64,000 nt of DNA from Lama guanicoe (lineage: Eukaryota): the NCBI GenBank assembly GCA_013239625.1, contig MU054323.1, positions 8,483,220 to 8,547,219 on the forward strand. The letters run 5' to 3'. Shown here piece by piece: positions 38,645 to 51,109 of the stretch (positions within the stretch are counted from its first letter, which is position 1; every line of letters begins with the position of its first letter). The position numbers and the translations under genes are program-made. Below the pieces are notes generated by a model, which was given only the letters and a program-made list of their open reading frames with translations, was not told the origin of the DNA and searched no databases.

Positions 38645-39260
38645 GAATGTTCTCATAGGCTTTTTTTTATAATCGCCTGAAACTGGAAACAACCCAGATG
38701 TCCTTCAATGGGTGAATGGATAAACTGTGGTATATCCACACTTGTACCATTGTTTGGACTATTACTCAGCAATAAAAAAGAACTGTTAAATCCATGCAAC
38801 AACTTGGATGGTACTCAAAGATGTTATGCTGGAAGAAAAAAAAAAGCCAATCTCAAAAGGTTACTGCATAATTCCATTTCTATAACATTCTTAAAATTAC
38901 AAAATTATACTGATGGAAAATATATCTGTGGTTGCCAAGTTAGAGTGTGGGGAGGGCATAGCTATAAAGGAGTAGCATGAGGTTATAGAACAGTCTGTAT
39001 CCTAGTAGGGTGGTGATTACATGAATCTACATGTGTGATAAAACTTCATAGACTGTACAACAACAACAAGAGTGCATGTAAAAACTGACGAAATCCATAC
39101 AAGATCTGTAGCTTAGTTAATAATGTACCAACATCAATTTCCTGGCCTTAAGAATTCATATGTAAGATATTATTGGGGAAGCTGGATGAAGATACACAGG
39201 AATTCTTTGGCCTATTTTGCAACTGTGGGTCTAAAATTGTTTCAAAGTAAAGAGTTTACA
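38645..39260 (+). mobile_element. L1M (L1MC/MD-like) 3' end
   Basis: aaactggaaacaacccagatgtccttcaatgggtgaatggataaactgtggtatatccac. Confidence 0.8.
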
Positions 39261-40014
39261 AAAATTTGAAGGGGCACTGATTCCTGCAAGCAGCACTCAG
39301 GAATCTCCTCAGTTTTTACCAGAAAAGATAATATAAACTAAAGCTTCAAGAGTTATAAATTTAATGCATTTTCTGAGCACTGTAATTTCATCTGCTGTGA
39401 TTTTTATTTGGAAATTATGCTCAGCTATTTTAACTGTAGTGTTGTTACAAATATATTATATACATGGGGAAAAAAAATCCCTTGGTGAGTTCTCCCCAGG
39501 ATGGAGTAACTCCTAACCGCCTTACAGAGCTCTTGGTTGTAGCTTCCGTCTACCTTTAACCATATCTCCTTCTGCTCCCAGCATGCGTTCTGGGGTGAAC
39601 TGTGTGCAATTCTCTCCATCCTCCTGGTCCATTCCTCTATCCTCTTGACTTTTATTTGCTTGATGAACTTCTTCAAGACCCACCTCCAACTCTGCTTCCT
39701 CCACAAGCCTTCCCTGACCCAGAAAGCAGAGTCTCTCCAGCAGCAGCCCTTCCTGCATCTGGGGGTTGTAGCGTGATGTGTCACCCTTTGGTTATTTTGT
39801 TCACCTGTCTAGCACCCACCCTAGTCGTGAGCTCCTCAAGGGCCCAGACTGTGTCCCATTCCTTCTATAGGCCCCATGCCTAGCTCAGTGCCTGGAACAC
39901 ACACTCCATAAATGGTGATAAGCAAGTAAGTGAATCTGAGGTTCTGAAAAGTCCTTAGTAACACATTTTGTTTGTTCTACCCTACCTTTAAAAAATTTTT
40001 CTCAAGTGGCCGTT

Positions 40015-40160
40015 TCTTTTGTATTTATTTATTTACAGGGGATAATTAGACTTACTTATTTACTTATTTTAAATTTATTTTTTAATGGAGTTACTAGGGA
40101 TTGAACCCAGGACCTTGTGCATGCTAAGCACATACTCTACCACTGAGCTCTACTCACTCC
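40015..40160 (-). mobile_element. tRNA-Ala-derived camelid SINE (vic-1-like)
   Basis: Minus strand agctcagtggtagagtatgtgcttagcatgcacaaggtcctgggttcaatccctagtaactcca, followed by an A-rich tail. Confidence 0.75.
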
Positions 40161-43100
40161 ACTGGTCCTGCCTTAATAGAGTAATTTTCAAAAGGGGTTC
40201 TGATTAACCACAGTTAAACACAACAGTAAATTAATATTTAAAACATTTTCCAAACATTCAACTTAGTTAATACCTTATTATATTAAATTTTTTTCCATTC
40301 TTTTTATTCATTACACAGTGCTGTAAAAAGCTTTAGAAAGACCATGAGGTTGCAGTCCTGAGCCTCCTTAGACAGATAAGATCTAGAACTTAAGGACAGG
40401 ACACAGATTTTCCAAATTTTACTGAAAGAAGCAACATGTTCTTCACCTTGCAAGCAGTCACTCTAGTCCACCTACAATGCTACAGCCGACACAAATGGCC
40501 TTGGTGACAAACCCCTGATTTCCCTCCTCAGCATCCTTTTGGGCAAATGATCTGGGTCCATAATTGTCTGCAGGTCTAGCTTCTGTCCTCAGACTCCAAC
40601 AAAATGACTCAGAGTTTCATCATTTCTTCTTGCACAATCTAATGGCCATTTCTCCATCCAAGGTCTGGTAACTTCATTAAGCAAGGCAGGTAACCTCCTC
40701 CTTGAAACTGATCCCTCCCTTGGCTCCTGGGACACCACCTACCTCTCCCATTTCCTCTCTTGATTGCATCCTCTATCATTCCTCTAAGATTGAATCATTG
40801 GTCTCATGCTCATTTTTCAAATAAAAATAATAATAAACATGTTTCCCATGTCCCAAATTTTCTGTTTCTCTTCACTGCTTTCTGACATCCTGTCATCTTT
40901 AAAGGCCTAAATTAGGTGCCATGTTCCCCAGAAACCGTCTAACTTCTGAGCCCTGCTTGTCCTTTGTACTCTCCTGGAGCACTTAAAAGCCAAATATACT
41001 TTCACTCTTTAGTACTTCATATATTCTGTCCTGTGGGATCTCTTGTTGTTTTATAAATTACTCTTGCTTCTTCAACCAAAGACTCCTTAAGGACAAAACT
41101 CATGACTTACAATGATCCCGGGTGGGCATGGTGCCTTGTGAAGCGCTTCACACATATGGCAGTGGTCAGTAAACGCTTGGTGAGTAAGATTAGAGCAATG
41201 TTGCACTCGCTTAGAAAGGGAAATATATGGAAGAAAACCTTTGAAATTTCTTTTCCCTTCTCCTAATGCTCGGGGGCCTAAATCCTGCATTCAAGCTGTG
41301 CAAAGTCAAATTGCTCTTCCTGCCACAGTGTGGTGGAATTGGAATGGAAAGAGCATAGGGTTTGGGTGCAGATGGCCTGGGTTCATGCTCTGGCCTTGCC
41401 AGTGGTTGATCTTGAGCCTGAGCTTGAGAGCAGGTCACTTGAACCCAGAGTCTTCATTTCCTCATACTCAAAATTGAGATAATAACTAAGGCTTTTTGGA
41501 GACAAATGCTATAATCCACAAGACTGGTGTTCATGGTGGGAATTTGAGGTAGACGAGGAGGGAAGCTATTTGAAGGTAAGCAGGCTTGCTGGTACCTGTC
41601 CTAGACATGGCCCCACTGCAGGGGAGCGACCGTCTCTGGCAGGGTGGGCAGGTGGGATAGAGTCTAGGGGGTGTGAAGGATGGTAGTCTGCATGAGAGGA
41701 CAGAGACTCAAGCGCCGAACCTGGGCAGATTTGTTCTAGACCTCATCGAGTAGACTTTCTGGTGGAAAGGTTAGAGGATTAAATGAGCAGTCTGTCAAAA
41801 AGAGAAGGAAATAAAACTGGTGGACTGGCTGTGGTGGGTGGAGGGAGGAGCTCTAAGAGCAGAGAAGGGCTGGGCTTGGGGTCAAGGGAAAATAGGCTGA
41901 ACGATTCATAGAATCCAGTCTCAGAGGAGGGGAGAACGTGTCCCTTGGCCCGACAACAGCTGTCAGCCACACAGTCTGAAGAAACATCATTTGAAAGGAA
42001 GATAAAGTGATGTGGTTTGTATGTGCCCCTCAAGACCAGACCGACTTTTGAAGCATGAAAAATCAGCAAGGAAACAGCAGGCCCACTAGGGCTGCAGACA
42101 GCAGTGTTCTTGCCAACATGTCGCTGCAGCCCCCTTCCCTCTCTATCTTCAGGCTAGCTGCGGGTGGGCCAGCAACCCCCCCCCCACGCCTCCAGGAGGC
42201 CAGGGGCAGAGGGGCTCCCCTTCCCAAGAGGTGTGCATGGAACTAGACAGAGAGCCAGTCCTGACTGAGGATCCTCCCATCAGGTAGAAAGTTCCATTCT
42301 CAGGACCATCCTAAAGCCCTGCCCTGAGGAACCCAGCAGCACCATGTTATGTATATGTTTCTCTTTCTTTGTATCAGAGGAAGAGGTCTTTTAAAATCTC
42401 TTGCTGAACATCCAGAGGCTTCCCACTGCATCTGGTTGTGTGTGGCCAGCAGGTGCAGCCAGCCTTCTACTCTCCTCCCTTCTCCTGCAGGTCAGCAGAC
42501 AGGAAATGTGGCCAGAAAACCATCCTCTCTGAGCCCACCCGAAACCCCACATTGCAGTTCAGCCTCTCCCATTCATTCATTCATTCATTCAGCAACATTT
42601 ATTGAGCAACTGTTCTCCAGGGCCCTGAGCCCATCCTAATTAAAGAGAGAAACAGACAACATAGCTCAACACAGGAGCCACAGCCAGAAGCCACACCTGT
42701 CCCTGCTCTCTCCCTCCTCAGGACCCTGATGGGAGGGCTGTGGGGAGCTGGTCCTAGGTGCTGGGAAGAACTGAATCAAATGTGACAATCATTCTCTGCC
42801 TGCCTTAAAAGTGGCTCAGCCCCCAAAGGCAGAGTGATGATAAGTCTCTGGTTCCCACAGACGGGATCCCTCATCAACCCCACAACCACCTCATGCTCAG
42901 TAGTATCATCATTCTGATTCTTCAGACATGATAACTGAGGCTTGAGTGTGTCAAACTACTTGCTCAGTCTCACAGGCAGTAAGTGGCAGAGCCTGCAGCC
43001 AAGCCGCATCTTCTACGGTGAAACCTCCCTGAACCACACTGCACAGCTTCCAGAATTCTGCTGCTGGTAGCCTGGGTTTGATGGGAGGCTCCCAGCATGA

Positions 43101-44269
43101 AAGTTTGTTGACTTAAAAAGTAGATGCTGGAGGAACTTAATGATCTCCAGTGAGAACCTTTAGAAAGAAGGGTTTACCCTTCTATGCCCACGGAGAAGGA
43201 CCCTACTAAAAGTGTATTAATTTTAGCAAGTGAGGAGTTCCTTTTACTCCCATCCCAGGTTTCCATTAACCCTTTGAATTATGGTCACATAGAGCAATCT
43301 GGCCAGACCTTCCCAAAGGACTTTTTCCTCTGGAAAGTAGCTACAAGGGGCATGGCAGCACTGTCCACAGCTGGCTGGGGAAAGCCTCTTTAAGAGCTCA
43401 GATCATTGTTCAGCAGGACACGTTTAAGACTCCAGTGGCCAGGAGCTCAGCAGTGTTCAGAATCTTAGGGAAGAACATCATGACCTAAAAATGTGAGAGC
43501 AGAATCCTGGAGAAGCTCCAGTCTCTACCTGAATCTATACCTTCCAGACCCTGTCCTGGATCTGCTGGAACGGGCACCTGCTGGTTGCCCACCAGCCCCG
43601 GAACTACCCTACGTGCCCCATCTCTACATTTGGCTAATTCAGCTTTGGGAGGCTGAGCCTCCCTGTGAGTCAGGGCCTTGCTCAGCCATGAGAAGAAGGT
43701 GATTGGCTGGGTCTGCCAGGGCTTTGTGACCCGCCAGCAGAGCTCCTCCAGGCCCTCAGAACCCTTCATCCCAGCCTGCACACATTGCCTCCACGCAACC
43801 CTAGAATAACCTGGATGTGTGACCCAGGGGGCAAGAGGTAGCAATTTTGCAGATTTTCCAAACAGGTGACTTCAGCCCCCCTGGGCCAGGGCAGGAAGGG
43901 GTAGCCCAGTGACAATGGGCATAGCCCCACGTCAGGAGCAGAAAACGTTTCAGCAAGCTCCTCAGCGCTCTCTCTCTCCTGATCCCACGGCATCTGTTCC
44001 AGTTTCCTTGGCCGGTAAGATGGCATCTACAGAGCAGAACATATGGGAAATCTGGAGTTGAGAAGGGATCGTGGTCAGAGGCCCAGCTTCAGGAAGCTCA
44101 GATGGCTGTCCCCAGGCAGAAGGGGCAGAGAAAAACACAGTTCTATAGTCTGCCTCCCTCCTAGACTGGCGTTCATGGTCCCAGAGGCCTGAAGCTGGAT
44201 GTGTGTTGGGTGCCTGCTTCTCAAACAGGTGCCTTGGATTCTCACTCTGTGCCCCAGTAACGCTGATAA

Positions 44270-44470
44270 CACTTACTGAATACGTACCATGTGCCAGGCC
44301 ATGCTCAACACTTTATATACATGACTCACTCAGTCCTCCTAACAAGCTCTATAAAGTGGGGACTGTTACTGTCCCCATTTTATGGATGAGGAAACTGAGG
44401 CCCAAAGTCAAACAGCTAGAAAACGTTATAGCCAGGATTTGAACCTAAGTTGTCTGACTGGAGATCTAGT
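44270..44470 (-). mobile_element. MIR SINE
   Basis: cacttactgaatacgtaccatgtgccagg...ccccattttatggatgaggaaactgaggcccaaag. Confidence 0.75.
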
Positions 44471-44710
44471 ATTCTTAAAGCAGCACCTTTTTGGAGCCTG
44501 CTGGAGGCACACCCACCACCCACTGCAGGACAGAAAGACCTGGGTGTCCCTCACAGCTGTGGAGGACAGAGGGTAGAGACCTGGGAACTGCAGGGGGTTC
44601 TTCTACGGACCAAAGAATTAGAGAAGACTGGGGGCCCCTGAATTATCTTCAAGATATATTTGTGGAAGATAAATTTCCACTGAAAAGTTAAAAACAAAAA
44701 GCCAAAATTA

Positions 44711-44842
44711 AGGGAGGGTGTAGCTCAGTGGTAGAGTGTGTGATTGGCATGCATGAAGTCCTGGGTTCAATCCCCAGTATCTCCATTAAAATAAATAAGC
44801 CTAATTACTCCCCCCACCCCCCAAAAAAAAACAAACAAAAAA
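44711..44842 (+). mobile_element. tRNA-Ala-derived camelid SINE (vic-1-like)
   Basis: gggagggtgtagctcagtggtagag...ctgggttcaatccccagtatctcca. Has A/B boxes and tail aaataaataagcctaattactcccccc plus polyA. Confidence 0.8.
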
Positions 44843-44857
44843 GAACAGGATATCTTA

Positions 44858-44940
44858 GGGGGAAGGTATAGCTCAGTGGTAGAGCATGTGCTTAGCATGC
44901 ACAAGGTTGTGGGTTCAGTTCCCAGTACCTCTATCAACTA
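44858..44940 (+). mobile_element. Second tRNA-Ala-derived SINE (head only), adjacent to the first
   Basis: gggggaaggtatagctcagtggtagagcatgtgcttagcatgcacaaggttgtgggttcagttcccagtacctc. Confidence 0.8.
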
Positions 44941-46961
44941 AAGATTTTTTTAAACAAAATTAGATTTTAGATTTAGGCCAGTGATAAGGTTATTAAATAT
45001 TAGAGAGTGAGCTTTCAGAGTTATGCAGACCTATTTATGATTTAGGATATAAATGCCTGTCTCTAAGGCAGTCCTAGGTATCTGGGAAGGAGCCGGATGG
45101 TCTCTAGAAACTCTTTGCAGCCATGGGATGTTGAGATTTGGTCTTGATGACCATATTCAAGGCCTCAGGCAACAGAATGACCAGCAGCTCCACCTCTCCT
45201 GATGAGAGCTGTAACTGCCTTTCCCATTACCAAGGATGCACCGTGAATCTTACGGTCCTCGCTTAGGAAATGATTTAGCAAAATCACCAGATTAAACCTC
45301 CTCAGCTTTTCTTTCCTTTGACTCCAGACCTGATAGCAGGAGTCAAGACCCTGCAGAGTAGGCTTTTCCCAAGGCCACGTCCTCAGTCTGATCCTCATTT
45401 GGAGTTTCCAGATGACCTGGAAGGTGACATGCCACCACCAATCAGGGGCTGTTTCTCCTGACAGTCACCATGTGCCAAAGGCCATGGCAGAAACACAGGG
45501 GTGGGTTTGGAAGACCCTGCTGTTGTAGCCCTTGGAACAGAGCCTGCCCACTCTGGGTGGTTGCCTACCATTCTCTCAGGGGAGGTGAAGCAGCCCTTGG
45601 TAACAGATGTGTTAACTTCAAGAGTTTTCTCAGATATTATTTCTGCTGTAATTGGAGGCAACTGGTCCACTTAGGGCCAGATGCTTGGGCAGATGCTTTG
45701 TATTCCTCCATCCCTGGAAGCTGGTCTGGTTTGAGTCTAGGCCTGAATCAACCACCAGTACACAAGATCATCAGAAGTTGGACCCATTGATGAGTTTCAC
45801 TTATGGCTTTTGGGAATTGGGAAGCTGGTTGAGTCGAGTCCAGAATCTTAGAGCAGACCCAGTGTCCTGGCCACTCCAGCTGGTCCAGCTCTTAGAGGAC
45901 ATCCAGATCAGGACTAAGCACTCCACTCAAGTCCCTGCCCTGACACCATCATGTTTTGACCAAACCCGGCTTCCTCTTTGGAAGACCAGATCAAAGTTAA
46001 GGACTCTCCTTTTTCAAAATTGAGCTAGGGAGAGGGGGATTTGGGAATGGGAGGAACTTTTAAAGGAGTCTTTGCTCAGGACCTAGGTGCCACCTGCTGG
46101 CCATAATTTAGTTGTATTTCTGGGGCCAAATCCGAAGAAAAATTAATACAAGGGCATCCTGCCCTCCCCATCATGAGGGATAAGGGAACTAGGAGGCTTG
46201 TTTCTTCATGACCCTCTGGAAAGCGTGAGAATCCTTGCAGAGACCCCTGAGTGCCTTGGATGAGTCCTCCTGAGCCAAAATGGACCCCAGGGGGGCCAGA
46301 GAGTAGCATCACCTGAAAGAAACCAGAGCCGGTTCTGAGGGGAGTCAAGACTCTGATCCTTGTATCAGCTGCCCACCCACACCCATCTCACCCTCCCACC
46401 CAACTCCATCTGACCCCCACCCACTTCCCCAAAAGCCACACAGGTTGTAAAAAGCATGATCGGTGGTTGGGCCCTGGAAGGAGCCATTTTTTCCAACTTC
46501 CTTCTTATAGGCATTGTTCTACTTTGGGGACCCTAGATTCAGACTGATCAAAGGTGTGGACAATGCCCTTCCATCATTAGGCATGGACAGAGCCAAGAAT
46601 TTCTAGCCAAGCTGGGAAGACATAGGCCTTTTTAAGGACCTGTGTAGCTCTTAGTGACTCTTAGAGCCTGATAGCAAAGTCTTTAGTTGTGTTCTAGAAG
46701 GGAAGCTGGAGATTCTTCCTATGTACCATGGAGGAAGATGGCTAACACTGTCCTCCCAGGGAGGGGCAAAACATCCCAATATTCCCAGCCTGTACCATTG
46801 CAATGCAGGCCAGGCAATCCCAGCCAAGGACATGCATCAGACGACGACTGTGGTTCTAACACCTGGCTGTGCACCAGAATCACCTGGAGTGTCTTTTAAA
46901 TTATGTAGATATAAAATATATATGTGTATAACTATATATGTAATACACTACATATATTATA

Positions 46962-47272
46962 CAGTCAGCCCTCCATATTTGCAGGTTCCACGTTCACGGA
47001 TTCAACCAAACACAGATGGAAAACATTTCAAAAAAAATTCCAGAAAGTTCCAAAAAGTAAAACTTGAATTTGCCATGAACCAGCAACTACTTACATAGCA
47101 TTTACATTGTATTAGGTATTATAAGTAATCTAGAAATGATTTAAAGTATACTGGAGGATGTGCATAAGTTGTATATGCAAATACTACACCATTTTACATA
47201 AGGGCCTTGAACATCTGCAGATTTTGGTATCCACAAGGGGCCTGGAACCAAACCCCCATGGATATTGAGACC
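46962..47272. mobile_element. Tigger3-like (TcMar-Tigger) element
   Basis: Starts ta|cagtcagccctccatatttgcaggttcc and ends ggaaccaaacccccatggatattgag. Flanked by TA-rich sequence. Confidence 0.75.
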
Positions 47273-47274
47273 TA

Positions 47275-47485
47275 GCTATATTGTATATTATATATAAGTA
47301 TATTGGTATATAATGTATAGTATGTTATATACATTTATATATACTGTATATGTATATGTACCATATTATATATAAACATATTAGTATATATTTATATAAT
47401 GTATATATATAATTGTATATACACTATAATAATGTAGTTACAGAAATAGTCACACGCATGCACGCACACACACACACACACACAC
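47275..47485. repeat. AT-rich low-complexity (TA)n-like tract plus (CA)n
   Basis: Degenerate TATA repeats at 47275-47430 and a CA run at about 47465-47485. Confidence 0.8.
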
Positions 47486-49619
47486 GTGCACTTCTGGAAA
47501 GTCTCTGCAGGAGAATCGGACTTATTCTCCCTGTGAAGAACCATGGTGGGGCGCATGGAGCAGGCCTGAACCCTCAGCCTGTGCAGTGCTGTGGAACCCC
47601 AGGAAGGCTGCCCTCAGGCTGGAACACCCTTGAAGCTCACAGGATTTCAGTCAAAGACTGGAGGACTAGTTTGGATTATGACCAGTGCTTCTGCTTTTCT
47701 TCAATAATCAACCCTTGAAACTCATACACAGTAAACAGGAATAAAATCCCTAAAGTGGCTCAGAAACTCCCAGGACCAACCTAAGACCACCCTATACCTC
47801 CCAGAACCACCCCTGACCAGCCCAGGCTCTGTGCCCCCGGGGCCTAGGGCCAGAACAGCCCCCAAGGCTTCCTGGAGAAATGAGCCCCTAAGCCTGTGGA
47901 AGGCCAGTATCCAGAATAGCTTATCCCCTCTGCACGCAGGTCCCAGCAGGCCTATGCAGGCCCCTGAAGGCCTGGCAGAGTCTGACCATTCATGCTGGGG
48001 CCAAATCCATTCCTTGCCTGCACGTGCCCTCTCCCTCCTGGCTTCCTGTAGCACTTGATGTTTTCACCACACTTTCGGGCATCCGGTTATACTGTTCTGT
48101 ATGTTGGTCTCCACAGCAGGAGAGACTCCTTGAGGAGAGGGGCAGTTCTTTTCTAGTTCTCAGAGTCCCTAACTACTCATCCAAATACAATGCAATTTCC
48201 TTAACCCTACCCATCTGCCTCCTTAATCAAGTTTGGTGTCCATCCACTCCTGCCGTGCCTGCTCAGGTTACCTTAGGTGAGTTCCCAGGAAACTGGGAAG
48301 CACCCTCCTAACTCCAGTCTCTGTGATTGTTGCTCACTGACAATTGGTCTGAAACCCAAAAGTGAATGAAACAGCCTGGCCATTGAGGAGCTCCCAGTCA
48401 GGTGGAAGAGAGACACAAAAGTGATTTCAAGAGAACGTGATCAACACCGTGGTTGAGTTTGCTCAGGGTGCTATAGAAACACAGAGGAGGGCCGTGTCTC
48501 CCTGCACAGGGGTTCAGAGAACATTTCATGGAGGAGATGGTGCCCAAGCTGAGTCCTAAAACTGAGGAGGGGAGGGGAGGTCCAGGCCAGAAGGTGATAA
48601 AAGACAATTCAGAAAGAGGAGAGAAAGTAAGGAGGTGTCACTCACTCATTCAACAAATTTGCTGAATACCTTGCCTGTCACCAGCCTGGAAACACCACTC
48701 CTGGCTTTGAGGTGCTTGTTGACGAAGGAGGCAGGCATTTAAACGGTCCAGTGGTTAGCGCAAGGGTCAGATTACAGGGCAGTGGCTCAGAAACATTGTG
48801 TAAGAGGATACTCAAGTGCAGTGAAAATTACTCTTGGAAATCTCTAGAACTGTCAGTTCCTGAGTCCTTAGAAACTCCCAAGACAATAATTTTTGTTTCT
48901 CTTGGCTTCTTGGCCCTGTCTGGCCTCCTTTTCCCTGGACAATAAAGGACAAGGTCTATTTTTAAAAGGAGGAAGACAAGGAAAAAACAAGATTTCTCGA
49001 CTTTTCTTCAAAAACTGTTTGCAGTTAACTGTGCATTTGGTGAGGTTCCATTATATACACTTGGGCTGGGGCCATGGGGGAAGCACAGCCTAGCAGGTGC
49101 CAGCTGAGCCTCTGAGCAGCTATTCGGATTTGTGCCTGCAGACCCTCTTGGTCAAGGGCAGTTTCTGACACAGTAGGTCTGGGGTGAGGCTCAAGAATTG
49201 GAATTTCTAGCAAGCTGATGCCTGTAGAGCATCAGTGCTGCTCCAGAGACCACAGTTTGAGAACCTCTGGAGCAGAGAATGCGTGGACTCTGCAAGCGGG
49301 GGCTGCATTCCTGGCAAAGGGTGAGTAGGGAGCTGCCCGTGGCTGCAGACTCGGGGACCAAAGTAGGAGACAGGACTGGAGACGGAAGGCCAGTTTAGGA
49401 GTTTGATCAGTGATGGGAGGGGGCCACATTATAAGGGCAGATGCCCACAGGGGACAGAGAAGTGAGCTGGGTGTATTCTTCCTTCACAGAGACACTTTGC
49501 ACATGAAACCTAGAGAAATATTGTTCACTCTAGAAATATATACTTTCACAATTCTTGACATACACAGTCCTTTTGGTCTGGTTTTCCATTTCTGACTAAG
49601 ACCTAGTTACAAGAAATAG

Positions 49620-49940
49620 TTCCCTCTTCTCTTAACAGTGCAAGTCAGTGATGAACAGCAACTGACCCTTGACCTCTGGGGGAGAGGGGGAAGGGTAAGG
49701 AGGCGCTCATGCCTACTGGCCAGAGGGGGGCGCCTCTGCTCAGCTCCAACTGTAGGTTGCTGTGCAGGAACATAGGCCCAGGGTTGCCAGAAGAAGGCAG
49801 AAATCCCAAATTGTTTGTGTCAAACTTCCCAACTTTAAAATAGGGCACTAATTCAAAAGTGTTTCCAACACTGTGAGTGCTAAACAGTTCAAGTCTGGAA
49901 GGCAAATCCAGCCAATAGGTGTCTTGTTTTTTGACTGCTG
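49620..49940 (-). mobile_element. MER102-like hAT element
   Basis: gctcagctccaactgtaggttgctgtgcaggaacataggcccagggttgccaga...aactttaaaatagggcactaattcaaaa. Confidence 0.5.
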
Positions 49941-50988
49941 ATGGAAAGGGCTTTAAGCTGGGGAGCGGTGTGGCCAGGGCTGCTTTCACATAGATTCTGA
50001 CCACAGCAGTGTCAGGGATGGATTGGGGAAAGGAGAGACTGGAGGCTGAAAGGCCTTCCAGGCGGCTTCTGCTAGCCCTGGCCTGAGAGAGTGGATGCAG
50101 AAACCCCGAGGTGGCGGGAGAGGTGGCGAAGAGCAGGGCCTGCTGGGAAGGTAGAGCGGCTGGACTTGATGAATGGCTGACTGGGAAGACACCCCCTCCA
50201 GGTTTCCATCGCAGGCGACTGGGTGACTGGTGGGAACGTTCACTGCAGTAACAAACACAGGAGCAGAAGCACGTGTGAAGGGAAGTCTCTGGATAAGTGG
50301 AATTGAGGTGCCTGTGGGTTGGCCAGAAGGCCGCAGGGATATGGGGTCTGAAGTCAGAGAAAACTCTGTTCAGGTACTGTCTGATTAAAATCCTCTAATG
50401 GCTTCCCTTTTTTAAGCAGAAAGTCCAGGCTCCTTCTCATGGTAAACAAAGCCAGTCCATTCCAACTTCACTGCACCACACCCGACACAAACACCCGCTC
50501 CCAGGCCCGCTGAACGCCCAGAGTCCAGAATGAGCCATGCCTTTGTTCTTGCTCGTCCTGGGGCTTGCGCTGCCCTTACCCCACCCCCTTGTATGTTCAG
50601 GGAATTCCTACTCCTTTCCAGCTGCTCTGAAGCCTTCGCAGACCCTGTCAAGCAGGAGAGATCACTCCCTTCTTGGTGCCATCCCTGAACTCAGCCCCTG
50701 CTGCTTTTCCTGCCCCATCAGCCCTGCAGTGGAGATTTGTCCGTCCCTAAACTCCTCGGAGGCAAAGACACATCTGGCTTCACCAGTTCTTATCACATGC
50801 CTAGCATATAGTAGACGCTCACCAAATGTGTAAAGGGTGAATAAGTACCCCTTCTCCAGGAGGTAAACTGCTGGTTGGGAGAAAGATGCTTCTCACTCTC
50901 CAAGGGACCATACAACTCTTTCTCCCCTTGCAGCTAAAGAACAGCACAAGGGCTGACCTTGCCTTTCTTCTTTCTTGGCAGCTGGGGT

Positions 50989-51109
50989 ATGGCCGTCAAT
51001 GTGTACTCCACGTCTGTGACCAGTGAGAATCTGAGTCGCCATGATATGCTTGCTTGGGTCAATGACTCTCTGCACCTCAACTATACCAAGATAGAACAGC
51101 TCTGCTCAG
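50989..51109 (+). CDS. MAPRE3: MAPRE3/EB3 coding exon (exon 2; exon starts 50982), CH domain start [25 protein letters not shown]
   Basis: Recognisable EB3 N-terminus. Acceptor ttcttggcag|C, donor G|gtagga. 121 coding nt. Confidence 0.97.

Noticed and set aside
44711..44940. Possible tRNA-Ala genes
   Set aside because: Disrupted stems, A-rich SINE tail on the first copy and multiple divergent copies indicate SINEs.
49717..49734. CTCF-like TGGCCAGAGGGGGGCGCC
   Set aside because: Mismatches at core positions and lies within a MER102-like element. Not enough support.
50959..50981. ORF-track N-terminal extension MPFFFLG before SWGMAVN
   Set aside because: This is the intron's polypyrimidine tract and acceptor read through from a TTG.
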